Shown here: positions 38,326 to 49,162 of the stretch, piece after piece | Layout: every line of letters begins with the position of its first letter | Numbering within the stretch: the stretch's first letter is position 1 | From: Candidatus Latescibacterota bacterium | GTDB lineage: Bacteria > Latescibacterota > UBA2968 > GCA-2709665 | DNA: 64,000 bases | Direction: 5' to 3' | NCBI GenBank assembly: GCA_965116875.1 | Contig: OZ220733.1 | Location: 1,408,001-1,472,000 of the forward strand | Program-made: the position numbers and the translations under genes | Notes under the pieces: model-generated | Seen by the model: the letters and a program-made list of their open reading frames with translations, nothing else | Database searches by the model: none | What the model was told of the DNA's origin: nothing

Positions 38326-39453
38326 GTGCAAATCGATATCGAGGAAATCCGGAACGGGTTTCCGGTGACCCGGAACTGGATTTATATGAATCACGCCGGA
38401 ATCGCGCCAATTTCGCAGGGCGTCTACCACGCAATGGACGGAATGCTGCAGGATCTGACCCGCAACGGCATGGCGAATCTGCCCGCGTGGGACGACGTAT
38501 GTTCCCGCACGCGGGAATCGGCCGCGCGTCTGATCGGCGCGGAAGCGTCGGAGATTGCCTTCGTCAAGAACACGTCCGAAGGGATCCTGATGGCGGCCAA
38601 CGGATTGACGTGGCGGCAGGGCGACAACGTCGTCATACCCGATCGCGGATTCCCGGCCAATGTCTATCCGTGGCTGAACCTGCGGTCGCAAGGCGTAGAG
38701 GTCCGGCGTGTTCCCGAGGTCGAGGGCCGTATCCCGCTGAACGACCTGCTGAATGCCGTCGACGACCGGACGCGCGTGCTTTCCGTAAGCTCGGTGGAGT
38801 TCGCAACCGGGTTCCGTCACGACCTCCGGGAAATCGGCCGATTCTGCAGGGCGCGAGGCATCCTTTTCTGCGTGGACGCGATTCAAAGCCTCGGCGTGCT
38901 GCCCCTGGACGTGGCGGACGCCGGAATCGACTTTGTTTCGGCCGACGCTCACAAATGGCTTCTGGGTCCGGAAGGAATCGGCGTCTTCTATTGTTCACAC
39001 CGCGCCCGTCGGCGCCTCCGAGTGGTGAACCTGGGCTGGGCGAACGTGGTGGAGCCAAGGGATTTCCTGTCGTACGACACCACATTGTTGCCCGATGCGC
39101 AGCGATTTGAGTGCGGCACGTTAAATACCGTGGGCATCCACGGGTTGCGTGCCGGTCTCGATCTCCTCCTTCGCATTGGCATCGAAAGCATCGAGTCGCG
39201 GGTATTTTCGTTGACCGATCAACTCTGCGCCGGGCTCGAGGAAAAGGGCTGCCGGGTGGTCAGTTCGAGGGCCCGCGGCGAAAAGTCCGGCATTGTCGTG
39301 TTTCATCACTCCCGGATCGATTCGGAATCGATTTTTCAGAAGCTGTCCGACGCACGGGTCGTTTGTGCGATACGGGGAGGAGGTGTCCGGCTGTCGCCGC
39401 ATTTCTACAACACCGAAGAGGAAATCGATCGTGTTCTGGATGCCATTCCGTAA
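38326..39453 (+). CDS. Aminotransferase class V / cysteine-desulfurase-like PLP enzyme
   Basis: YMNHAG, NTSEG, VDAIQSLG, DAHKWLLGP, RLSPHFYN. Confidence 0.9.
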   Translation: MQIDIEEIRNGFPVTRNWIYMNHAGIAPISQGVYHAMDGMLQDLTRNGMANLPAWDDVCSRTRESAARLIGAEASEIAFVKNTSEGILMAANGLTWRQGDNVVIPDRGFPANVYPWLNLRSQGVEVRRVPEVEGRIPLNDLLNAVDDRTRVLSVSSVEFATGFRHDLREIGRFCRARGILFCVDAIQSLGVLPLDVADAGIDFVSADAHKWLLGPEGIGVFYCSHRARRRLRVVNLGWANVVEPRDFLSYDTTLLPDAQRFECGTLNTVGIHGLRAGLDLLLRIGIESIESRVFSLTDQLCAGLEEKGCRVVSSRARGEKSGIVVFHHSRIDSESIFQKLSDARVVCAIRGGGVRLSPHFYNTEEEIDRVLDAIP

Positions 39454-39471
39454 TTTAAACGGCGAGAAGCA

Positions 39472-39708
39472 GCTTTCAGCGATCAGCTCTCAGCCGTCAG
39501 CAAAAGGCGAAAACCAAAATCAAAACCCACCTCTCCCCCGGCCCCCTCTCCTGAAGAAAAGGGAGAGACAAGCAAAGCAGGGCGTTGACGCCTTTCAATA
39601 TAGACGCACATAAACGGGAGAACGCCATCTCCGTTCTTTATCAGGGAAAAGACCACGGAAAACCCCGGTTCCCCCTTCCTTCAGGAAGGGGGTCCGGGGG
39701 TAGGTCCG
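39472..39708. repeat. Composite repeat family C, copy 2
   Basis: TCAGC-containing heptamers, AAAGGCGAAA, CCTCTCCCCCGGCCCCCTCTCC..GGGAGAG, and CCCCCTTCCTTCAGGAAGGGGGT..GGGGGTAGGTCCG, in the same order as the reverse complement of 17672-17928. Confidence 0.75.
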
Positions 39709-40106
39709 CCGAGGTCGACAGTCTGTTGGACGCGCTGAAGAATGCTGTAACGCAGGGAAATTCCGCCGCATTGGAAGAAATCCTGGCGGAGGACGTGTGC
39801 GCGTTTTTCTCGGGGGGAGACGCACCGGTACGCGGCAGGGACGCGGTACTGGCGACGTGGTCGAGACACTTCGAACGCTGGTGCGACGTGCGAATCGAGC
39901 GAAGGGATACCGAGTTGAGAACCCGGGGAAACGTGGCATGGGGCCAATTCCTGTGGGATGGCGAAGGCAGCACGGGTTCGCAGCACTACAGGCTGGAAGG
40001 CGAGCGGTGGACCGTCGTCCTGCGACGTGAGAATGGATGCTGGCGATTCGTGCAGATGCATTCGTCCCTGCCATACAGGGATTGGGAGGCGCACCGCACG
40101 GCGTGA
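39585..40106 (+). CDS. NTF2/SnoaL-like fold protein (start uncertain)
   Basis: AEDVCAF...VRGRDAV...GNVAW...RWTVVLRRENGCWRFVQMHSS pattern. Confidence 0.75.
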   Translation: MTPFNIDAHKRENAISVLYQGKDHGKPRFPLPSGRGSGGRSAEVDSLLDALKNAVTQGNSAALEEILAEDVCAFFSGGDAPVRGRDAVLATWSRHFERWCDVRIERRDTELRTRGNVAWGQFLWDGEGSTGSQHYRLEGERWTVVLRRENGCWRFVQMHSSLPYRDWEAHRTA

Positions 40107-40149
40107 AGGTGGTGTCTGTGCCGCCCGGAAGGCCGGGTAAAAGAGGACC

Positions 40150-41271
40150 GTGGTGGAGCCATTGCCCGAGACCATCCTGCAGTTCGGCGGAGGCAGTTTT
40201 CTCCGGGCGTTCGCCGACGTGTTCGTTCACGAGGCGAATGCGGCGGGCGGATGTGTGGGGCGCATCGTTGTCGTGCAGTCCACGGAGGGCAACCGCGCGG
40301 CGCTGCTGAACGCGCAGGGCGGGAAGTACCACGTGGTCTTCAGGGGATTGGCGGACGGGGTGGGGATCGACAGAACGCTCGCGGTCCGGAGCATCAGCCG
40401 GGCGCTGACTGCGAAGTCAGAATGGGCGGAAGTGCTCCGGGTCGCCCGATCGTCTGCCTTGCGCATGGTTATCTCCAATACGACCGAAGCGGGGTACTCG
40501 CTCATTGACGACGATGATCCCGAACTGCCACGATCATTCCCCGCCCGGCTGCTTTGCGTTCTCAAAGCCCGCTACCAGGCCGGCCTGCCGGGTCTGACGG
40601 TGTTGCCCTGTGAACTCGTGGAGCCGAATGGCGAACTGCTTCGGGAACTGGTGCTCAGCCAGGCCGAAGCCTGGCGTCTGGATGCGGGGCTTCAGGACTG
40701 GATTCGCCGGGACGTGCGTTGGGTGAACACGCTGGTGGACCGAATCGTAAGCGGCAGGCCGGAATCCCATCCGCTTCTGACCTCGGACAAGCTGTTGACG
40801 GCGGCGGAGCCGTTTGCCCTCTGGGTGGTCGAGGCGCGGCCCGGAGATCTCTTCGAACACCCCTGCGTCCGGTTCGTTCCCGACGTTCGACCGTATGCGC
40901 TGCGGAAGGTCCGCATCCTGAACGGAGCGCATACGGCGCTGGTGTGCAGGGCGGGGCCATCGGGGCTGCGTACGGTCCGTGAAGCGGTTGGCGACCCGGC
41001 GGTCGGGCGTTGGCTGAGGCGTCTGGTTTTCGATGAAATCGTACCAACGCTCGAGCATGTCGTGGAAGATGCCCGGAGGTTTGCCGAACAGGTCCTGGAG
41101 CGATTCGCCAACCCCTTTCTGGATCACCGGCTCGAGGATATCGCGCTGCACCACGAAGAGAAAGTGAAGGTGCGACTGATGCCCACCTATGAGGCGTTTT
41201 TCGAGGCATTCGGACGACCGCCGGAGTTGCTGGGGGACATCCTCGCCCCGTACATGAACACATGGCGATGA
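40150..41271 (+). CDS. Tagaturonate reductase / altronate oxidoreductase (UxaB-like, mannitol dehydrogenase family)
   Basis: ILQFGGGSFLRAFAD, ISNTTEAG, PCEL, NTLVDRIV, KVRILNGAHT, RFANPF. Confidence 0.88.
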   Translation: MVEPLPETILQFGGGSFLRAFADVFVHEANAAGGCVGRIVVVQSTEGNRAALLNAQGGKYHVVFRGLADGVGIDRTLAVRSISRALTAKSEWAEVLRVARSSALRMVISNTTEAGYSLIDDDDPELPRSFPARLLCVLKARYQAGLPGLTVLPCELVEPNGELLRELVLSQAEAWRLDAGLQDWIRRDVRWVNTLVDRIVSGRPESHPLLTSDKLLTAAEPFALWVVEARPGDLFEHPCVRFVPDVRPYALRKVRILNGAHTALVCRAGPSGLRTVREAVGDPAVGRWLRRLVFDEIVPTLEHVVEDARRFAEQVLERFANPFLDHRLEDIALHHEEKVKVRLMPTYEAFFEAFGRPPELLGDILAPYMNTWR

Positions 41272-41558
41272 TAGAGAGGAATTTGTATCGCCGGGCCGCA
41301 TCGTTATCCGGGTTTAGCTGACGGCTGACAGCCTGACTTCGGATCAAGTTAACCCTTATTCGAAAAAAACTGCAACCGGGCGTCGTGATTAAACCCACCG
41401 AAACGGGGTGTAAACGTCGTCCGGATGGACATTTTTTCCGTTCACGTACAGTAACCTGGTGTATCCTGGTAATCCGCCGTCTAATCGCCTTTATTAACTT
41501 GCACATATTCGAATTAACGTTCACGAAATATTACGAATCAAGGTTAAAGGAGGTGTTG

Positions 41559-42788
41559 ATGGATAAGGCGGCGCTTCTGGGCGGGACCCCCGTCCGGTCC
41601 GAACCGTTTCCGTCCTGGCCGCAGTCGGACGGGCGCGACCTGGACTATCTGGGCGAGGTCATGGAAACCAGCCTCTGGGGCGGAACAATTCATGGCCCGA
41701 GGGTGACGGCGTTCTGCGACGCATTCGCGAAATTCTCGGATGCGCGGCACGGGGTGGGGATGGGCAGCTGCACGGCAGGTCTGGAGTTGTCCCTCCGGGC
41801 ATTCGGCGTCGGACCGGGAGACGAGGTGATCGTCCCCGCCTACACGTTCATCGCAACGGCGCTGGCGCCCCTTGCGGTTGGAGCGGACGTTGTCTTCGTG
41901 GATATCGATCCCCGGACGTTCTGCGCAACACCGGAGACGATTGAAGGCGCGATATCCTCGCGCACAAAGGCGGTGATTCCCGTTCACTTCGCCGGACACG
42001 CCGCGGACGTGGAAGGCATCCGGTCACTGGCGGACCGGCACGGGTTGAAGGTTGTATGGGACGCGGCCCATGCGCACACGTCCGGGTGGCAGGGAAGGAT
42101 GCTGGGTGGCCTGGGCGACGCGGCGGTCTATAGTTTCAATCACGCCAAGAATCTGACCTGCGGCGAAGGAGGGATCGTAACCACGAATGACGAAGGGTTG
42201 GCGGATTTTCTGAAGTATACGCTTTCCACGTTCGGAAGGAAGAAGGGCCGGCCCTGGTACGAACATCACCATCTGGGGTTCTCCGATCCGTTGACGGAGT
42301 TTCAGGGCGCCATTCTGCAGGCGCAGTTCGAGCGGCTGGACGAACAGAGCCGGAAACGCGAGGAGAATGCCAGGCTGCTGACTCGAGGACTGACGGAGAT
42401 TGGAGGGATCGGTCCTCCGTACGTGTCTCCGGACGTCACGCGCCATGGCTGGCATGTATTCGTCATGACCTACAACGGAGACGCATTCCGCGGGCTGCCC
42501 AAGGAGACGTTCAGAAGGGCGCTCGAAGCTGAAGGAATCCCGAACGGCGGGTATACGTATCCATTATATGTCAATCCGATGTTCAATACGGAAACGGGCG
42601 AGGTCGCCGGAGCGCAGGGCAGGTGCCGCGTGATGCCCTGTCCGGTAAGCGAGTGGGCGTGCCGGGACGGCGTCTTCAATATATCCCAATCCATGTTGCT
42701 GGATGAACCCGACGGGATGAACGATATCGTGACGGCGATCGAGAAGGTGAAAGCCAATGCCTGCGACTTAATGGATTGGAAGGAGTGA
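41559..42788 (+). CDS. DegT/DnrJ/EryC1/StrS family aminotransferase
   Basis: GDEVIVPAYTFIAT, PVHFAG, DAAHAH, SFNHAKNLTCGEGG; RBS AAGGAGG. Confidence 0.93.
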   Translation: MDKAALLGGTPVRSEPFPSWPQSDGRDLDYLGEVMETSLWGGTIHGPRVTAFCDAFAKFSDARHGVGMGSCTAGLELSLRAFGVGPGDEVIVPAYTFIATALAPLAVGADVVFVDIDPRTFCATPETIEGAISSRTKAVIPVHFAGHAADVEGIRSLADRHGLKVVWDAAHAHTSGWQGRMLGGLGDAAVYSFNHAKNLTCGEGGIVTTNDEGLADFLKYTLSTFGRKKGRPWYEHHHLGFSDPLTEFQGAILQAQFERLDEQSRKREENARLLTRGLTEIGGIGPPYVSPDVTRHGWHVFVMTYNGDAFRGLPKETFRRALEAEGIPNGGYTYPLYVNPMFNTETGEVAGAQGRCRVMPCPVSEWACRDGVFNISQSMLLDEPDGMNDIVTAIEKVKANACDLMDWKE

Positions 42789-42791
42789 GCG

Positions 42792-43607
42792 ATGGCCGAG
42801 ACGGCAGCCCTGACGCTGTCCCAGCGGTTTCATTTCGATACGTACGGTTACGTCCTGCTGGAAAACGCGTTGACGCCGGACCAGGTGGAACGCATGAAGG
42901 CGGCGCTCTACCGGCTCAAGGCCAATCCCGCGGCCGCGCCGCGCGTCTATGTTCGTCCGCGGGGCGATCATCATGTGCTATTCGGTAACCTGGTGGAATT
43001 CGATCCCGCCCTTCTGGAATACGCGGTCCATCCGGGTCTGGTTCCGCTCGTGGAAGAGGTGGTGGGAGGCGCGGTGCGGCTGGAGGAGACGGAGGCGATC
43101 ATCAACCGGCGGGATCCGGATGCGGACCTGGATCAACTTCGCAGGCGCCGTACCAATCCAACGGGGTTTCACAGGGGTACAACCGCAACGTGGGGTTGCT
43201 ATACGGAGCAGGAACGGTACCACTGTATCTTCGTGAAAACGCTCGCCTACCTGACGGACGTGGGACCGGACGACGGAGGCACGTGTCTGATTCCGGGCAG
43301 CCACCGGCTCACGTGGCCGCGCGAAGAGATGATTCAGGCGGCCATGGACGACGAGCGGCTGATCCACCAGATCGAGGCCGCGGCCGGTTCGGTACTCCTG
43401 TTCGGCGAGTCGCTGATCCACAGCACCACCGCGATTCGGAGCGACAGAGAGCGGGTGATTCTGGTTGCGGGATATACTCCGCCGATGCTCCGGGAATGGA
43501 TGGGGAATGAAGTAAGTCCCGAATTTGTCGCCACCCTGCCGGAAGCCGTACGACCGCTCATTTCGGGCAGCGACAGCTGGAACTGGCGACGAAATTACAC
43601 GCAATAG
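42792..43607 (+). CDS. Phytanoyl-CoA dioxygenase (PhyH) family protein
   Basis: FDTYGYVLLENAL, YLTDVGPDDGGT.LIPGSH, AGSVLLF..LIH..R. Confidence 0.88.
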   Translation: MAETAALTLSQRFHFDTYGYVLLENALTPDQVERMKAALYRLKANPAAAPRVYVRPRGDHHVLFGNLVEFDPALLEYAVHPGLVPLVEEVVGGAVRLEETEAIINRRDPDADLDQLRRRRTNPTGFHRGTTATWGCYTEQERYHCIFVKTLAYLTDVGPDDGGTCLIPGSHRLTWPREEMIQAAMDDERLIHQIEAAAGSVLLFGESLIHSTTAIRSDRERVILVAGYTPPMLREWMGNEVSPEFVATLPEAVRPLISGSDSWNWRRNYTQ

Positions 43608-43633
43608 AAACGACCTTTCGAGGAGTTCTCGCA

Positions 43634-44377
43634 ATGACGGACAAGCGCGTATTCGTTGGAGACCTGACCAGGACCGAATTTCGACAGCGCATGGAATCGG
43701 GTGAGATCGAGGCGGCGGTTGTGCCGGTCGGCGCCACCGAGCAGCACAATGAACACCTGGAGATGATTCACGATGCGTTTCACGTGACCCATGTTGCGGA
43801 ACAGGCCGCCAGAAAGCTTCATCCCCGGGTGGTCGTGGCGTCTCCCGTAAGCATTGGCGTATCGGAGCAATGGATGGCGCATATCGGGACCCTGACGGTG
43901 CGGCCCGAGATCTTTTGCGAGTACGTTTACGACGTGTGCGATTCACTCAGGCGGGCGGGTATCGCGAATATCCTGATTCTGAACGGCCATGGAGGGAACG
44001 TGAAACCCCTGATGCGCCGCATCGACGAGTACCGGGAACGGCTGGGTCTGAATCTGCGGTTTCAGTCGTACTGGGACGTGTACGATCCCGAACTGGTCTT
44101 TTCGACCATGGAGGCCAACCGTCTTCCCGGGCACGCCTGCGAATACGAGACGTCGACGATGTTGGCTCTTGCGCCGGAACGGGTGCACGCCGAGTATATG
44201 GTCAATGAAGCTGCCGGGCTGGCGACAAAGGAAAAAGGAGAGCTGTTGCTTGGGCCGGCGGTTGAGGGTGTGGCGGACGTACTGGGCAAATTGATCGCGG
44301 GCGAAGCGTTGGACAAGCCCCCGGTCACGTTCGCGGAGGGAAAACGGATTCATATGGTGACCGGCGACCCGGTTTAG
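43634..44377 (+). CDS. Creatininase / creatinine amidohydrolase family protein
   Basis: PVGATEQH, NGHGGN, GHACEYETS. Confidence 0.9.
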   Translation: MTDKRVFVGDLTRTEFRQRMESGEIEAAVVPVGATEQHNEHLEMIHDAFHVTHVAEQAARKLHPRVVVASPVSIGVSEQWMAHIGTLTVRPEIFCEYVYDVCDSLRRAGIANILILNGHGGNVKPLMRRIDEYRERLGLNLRFQSYWDVYDPELVFSTMEANRLPGHACEYETSTMLALAPERVHAEYMVNEAAGLATKEKGELLLGPAVEGVADVLGKLIAGEALDKPPVTFAEGKRIHMVTGDPV

Positions 44378-44433
44378 CAGATAGGCAGGTGACAGGACGC
44401 GTTGCGTAGCAGCCTCGAGGTTATCCTGAAAAA

Positions 44434-44508
44434 TGGAGCCGCCCGGGGGGTTCGAACCCCCGACCTACGGATTACAAATCCGTTGCTCTACCGCTGAGCT
44501 AGGGCGGC
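44434..44508 (-). tRNA. tRNA-Thr(TGT)
   Basis: Reverse complement GCCGCCCTAGCTCAGCGGTAGAGCAACGGATTTGTAATCCGTAGGTCGGGGGTTCGAACCCCCCGGGCGGCTCCA; cloverleaf, anticodon TGT, encoded CCA. Confidence 0.97.
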
Positions 44509-44585
44509 TCGAATTCACCAACTGCCATTCCGTGTCTGAAAAAGGCAAGGACGCCACATGCGACCCGTACGGCGGTCGCCGTACG

Positions 44586-45998
44586 TCAGGACCGTTTCCA
44601 CACCGTCCCTTCCGGTGTGTCCTCGAGCAGATAACCCAATTCCGCGAACCGGTCCCGAATCTCGTCTGCCCGCGCCCAATTTCTCTCCTTCCTCGCCCGG
44701 TCCCGTTCCGCGATCAATGCCCCGAGTTCGTCCGGAAGTTCCTCAGCGCCGTCGTCCCCAGGCGCCGCATAGAACACCCCAAGCACCTGATCGATCTCAT
44801 CCAGAAAGCCGTCAATGCTGCGGGCGCCGTCCCGGTCCACCCGTCCCTCCCGGATCAGGTCGTCCACGGCGTTTACCATTCCAAAAACGGCGCTCATCGC
44901 ACGGGGCGTGTTCAAATCGTCGTCCATGTGCCTGACGAATCCTTCACGCGCCGTCTCAAGCAAGGGCCCCGGGTCTTCCCCGCCGCCTGACCTCGTGACC
45001 TCGCCCAGCCTGCGCCTGAAATTGTCCAACCTCCGCATGGTACTCCTCGCGGCGTCGAGTACTTCCTTTGAGAAATTGAATGCGGTTCGGTAATGATTGC
45101 TCACCACAAGGTACCGGAAGGCGCGCGCGTCGGCGGGCGAACTCACGATATCGCGGACCGTCAGGAAATTGCCGAGGCTCTTGGACATCTTCTCGTCATC
45201 AACGTTGATGTGCGCGCCGTGCAGCCAGTAATTGACGAAGCGCTTGCCCGTGACCGCCTCGCTTTGCGCGATTTCATTCTGATGGTGCGGGAAAATCAGA
45301 TCCACGGCACCGGCATGGATGTCGATGGTTTCCCCCAGGTATTTGATGGACATGCACGAGCACTCCATGTGCCAGCCCGGCCTTCCCGTCCCCAGATCCG
45401 TTTTCCAGAACACGTCTCCGTCTTCCGGTTTCCACGCCTTCCACAGCACGAAGTCCCTGGCGTCTTCCTTGTCGTATTTGTCCGTATCCACGCCGCTGGC
45501 GCCTGCCTGTAACCCGGAAACATCCAGCTGTGCCAGTTCTCCGTACGACGGAAAGCTCCGTATTGAAAAATAGACGGATCCTTCATGCACGTACGCATGC
45601 CCGTCCTCAATCATCCCCGTGATCATCTCCACCATTTCCGGGATGTGGTCCGTCGCCCGCGGATAGTGATCGGCCGGCAGCAGATTCAACGTCGCCATAT
45701 CTTCGAAAAAGGCTTCCGCATAGCGATCGGTGAGCGCTTTCAGCGTCGTCTTTTCATCACGGACCTTCCCGATGATGTTGTCGTCCACGTCGGTGATGTT
45801 CATCACGTGATCAACCCGATATCCACGATACGTCAGATAGCGTTTTATCAGGTCGAACACGATAAACGTCTTGAAATTACCAATATGGGAATAATCGTGA
45901 ACCGTAGGACCACAACTGTAGAACGTGACCCGGCCCGGTTCAATCTCTTTGAATTCCTCTTTCTTCCGGGTCAGGCTATTGTAGAACCGAATGGACAT
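44586..45998 (-). CDS. cysS: Cysteine--tRNA ligase
   Basis: YSCGPTV, HIGN, NITDVDD, GRPGWHMEC, FPHHQNE, KMSKS; start ATG 45998. Confidence 0.97.
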   Translation of the reverse strand: MSIRFYNSLTRKKEEFKEIEPGRVTFYSCGPTVHDYSHIGNFKTFIVFDLIKRYLTYRGYRVDHVMNITDVDDNIIGKVRDEKTTLKALTDRYAEAFFEDMATLNLLPADHYPRATDHIPEMVEMITGMIEDGHAYVHEGSVYFSIRSFPSYGELAQLDVSGLQAGASGVDTDKYDKEDARDFVLWKAWKPEDGDVFWKTDLGTGRPGWHMECSCMSIKYLGETIDIHAGAVDLIFPHHQNEIAQSEAVTGKRFVNYWLHGAHINVDDEKMSKSLGNFLTVRDIVSSPADARAFRYLVVSNHYRTAFNFSKEVLDAARSTMRRLDNFRRRLGEVTRSGGGEDPGPLLETAREGFVRHMDDDLNTPRAMSAVFGMVNAVDDLIREGRVDRDGARSIDGFLDEIDQVLGVFYAAPGDDGAEELPDELGALIAERDRARKERNWARADEIRDRFAELGYLLEDTPEGTVWKRS

Positions 45999-46042
45999 TG
46001 AGGGCTCCTCGCTGTCGTGTTCCAGCGATCCGATGCGTGCGG

Positions 46043-47146
<1,104 letters not shown>

Positions 47147-47218
47147 CGACGAAACCCCGGATTAGATTTGGCGGGTGTCGCAATACATTTCGTTGACAAA
47201 ACGATGCGCGGCGGGCGG

Positions 47219-47929
47219 TCAGGATGCCTGGGTATCGGGTGGCGTCGATTCCCCGGCATCATCTGGTTTTCCGCGTCTCTTCTTTCGTCGCCACAACAAG
47301 TACCCGATGCCGCCGGCCGCCATCAGTACGAGTATCACCCGGTTATAGGTCCGCAGCGCATCGACCACCAGTCCCCAGTTTTCGCCCACTTTCAAACCGA
47401 AATACACCAGCAGGCTGTTCCAGAGCAGTGTACCCAGGACTACATAGAGGCACATTCGAACCGGGTGGATCCGGCTGATACCGGCAACGATACCGACAAA
47501 GGCGCGCACGGTGGGAAGGAACCGGTTGAAGATGACGATCCGATCGCCGTAGCGCGAAAAACCGGCCTCAACCCGGTCCAGGTTCTCTTCCGAGAAAATC
47601 CGGGACCTGAATCCGAGAAAAAACGCCCGCCCCTTCCAGTACGCCACAGCGTAGACCAGCAGACATCCCATTGCGCTGCCCAACCACATCGCCAGGTACG
47701 CCGGCACCAGGCGGACAATCCCCATCCCGGCCAGATATGCGCCGAATACGATCAGGGTATCGCCGGGAATGGGCGGTATCAGGTTTTCCAGAAAGGCGCC
47801 GAGAAACAAGAAAAAACAGATCCATTCAGGGGGCTGATCGTCCAGCGTCAGCAGAAACTGCTCCCATGCCTGCGACAGGAACGAAAGATCGAACGGAAGT
47901 TCCAACCAGCCCTCCCTTTCCCTTGACAC
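47219..47929 (-). CDS. DedA family membrane protein
   Basis: ENLIPPIPGD, FSRYG, RFLPTVRA, AG motifs. Confidence 0.9.
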   Translation of the reverse strand: MSREREGWLELPFDLSFLSQAWEQFLLTLDDQPPEWICFFLFLGAFLENLIPPIPGDTLIVFGAYLAGMGIVRLVPAYLAMWLGSAMGCLLVYAVAYWKGRAFFLGFRSRIFSEENLDRVEAGFSRYGDRIVIFNRFLPTVRAFVGIVAGISRIHPVRMCLYVVLGTLLWNSLLVYFGLKVGENWGLVVDALRTYNRVILVLMAAGGIGYLLWRRKKRRGKPDDAGESTPPDTQAS

Positions 47930-47930
47930 C

Positions 47931-49136
47931 TTACCCCGCGTTTCCTCTTGCCGGATGCGGGGTTTCCGCCCCGAGCGCGACCAGGGCGACGGCCTGAGCG
48001 GCGATCCCCTGTTCCGTTCCCGCGAATCCCAGGCCCTCGGTCGTCGTTGCCTTCACCGATAACCGTTCCGTCGCGATTCCGAGCGCCCCGGCCATTTTTT
48101 CCTGCATATCGGAGATGTACGGCGCAAGCTTCGGACGCTGCGCAATCACCGTAGCGTCCACGTTAACAATCCCGCCCCCGCCATCGCTTGTCAGTTTCGA
48201 TACCCGATCCAGCAGAATCAGGCTTGAAACACCGCTGTACGCAGGATCTGCGTCAGGGAAGTGCGTGCCGATATCGCCCAGACACATCGCACCCAGAACG
48301 GCATCGGCAACCGCGTGGGAAAGCACGTCGGCGTCGGAATGCCCGTGCAGACCCCGGTCGAACGGAACGGCCACCCCGCCCAGGATCAATGGACGGCCGG
48401 CGACCAGCCGGTGCACGTCGTAACCGTGCCCCACGCGCAGATTCGATGGCACGCTCCCGGTTCTGGATCTCAGGATCGATTCCGCCATCGCCAGATCCTC
48501 CGGCGCGGTGATTTTCAGATTATCCTCCCGGCCCGGCACCATGTATACCGGCGCATTCAGTTGTTCAACAAGCGACGTGTCGTCCGTGCCTGAGTTCCCC
48601 GTCCGTGCGGCCTCGCCGTGCGCCTCACGCAAAATCGACGCGCGAAACGCCTGCGGGGTCTGAACCCGCCATGTTCGCGACCGGTCCAGCGTGCGCAGGA
48701 CACGCCCGTCCTGGACCTCCTTGACCGTGTCCGTTATCGGTGTACCAAGTACCGCCGAGCCCTTCTCGTGCGCCAGATCGACGACAGCGTCGATCTGTTC
48801 GGGCAGAATCAACGGACGCGCCCCGTCATGGACCGCAATGACGCGGGCGTGGTCCGGTACCGCCCCAAGTCCTTCCGCGACGGAATCCTGGCGCCTCTCC
48901 CCTCCGGCGACGACCGAGGTCACCTTTTCCATGCCCCATGAGCGGATTTCCTCCCGGCATCGTTCCACGCGGTCCGCCGGCGCGACGAGCACCACGCGGT
49001 CGACCTTTTTCGCGTGTTCGAATGCCGTCAACGCCAGGAAAAGAATCGGACGCCCGGCCAGGCTCATGAATTGCTTGGGCGGACTGCCCCCCATTCTCAG
49101 ACCGCGGCCGGCGGCTAGCACAATGGCGTAAACCAT
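47931..49136 (-). CDS. ispDF: Bifunctional IspD/IspF (MEP pathway)
   Basis: LAAGRGLRMG, HDGARP, QTPQ, KITAPED; GHGYDVH, GHSDADV, DIGTHFP, KATTTEGLG; start ATG 49136. Confidence 0.95.
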   Translation of the reverse strand: MVYAIVLAAGRGLRMGGSPPKQFMSLAGRPILFLALTAFEHAKKVDRVVLVAPADRVERCREEIRSWGMEKVTSVVAGGERRQDSVAEGLGAVPDHARVIAVHDGARPLILPEQIDAVVDLAHEKGSAVLGTPITDTVKEVQDGRVLRTLDRSRTWRVQTPQAFRASILREAHGEAARTGNSGTDDTSLVEQLNAPVYMVPGREDNLKITAPEDLAMAESILRSRTGSVPSNLRVGHGYDVHRLVAGRPLILGGVAVPFDRGLHGHSDADVLSHAVADAVLGAMCLGDIGTHFPDADPAYSGVSSLILLDRVSKLTSDGGGGIVNVDATVIAQRPKLAPYISDMQEKMAGALGIATERLSVKATTTEGLGFAGTEQGIAAQAVALVALGAETPHPARGNAG

Positions 49137-49162
49137 GATGACAGACGATTCCTGAACCCCGC

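Noticed and set aside
41385-41558. N-terminal extension of the DegT ORF
   Set aside because: AT-rich intergenic sequence; strong RBS AAGGAGG precedes ATG 41559.
38300-44434. Genomic island integrated at the tRNA-Thr 3' end
   Set aside because: No integrase and no duplicated tRNA 3' end found by eye.
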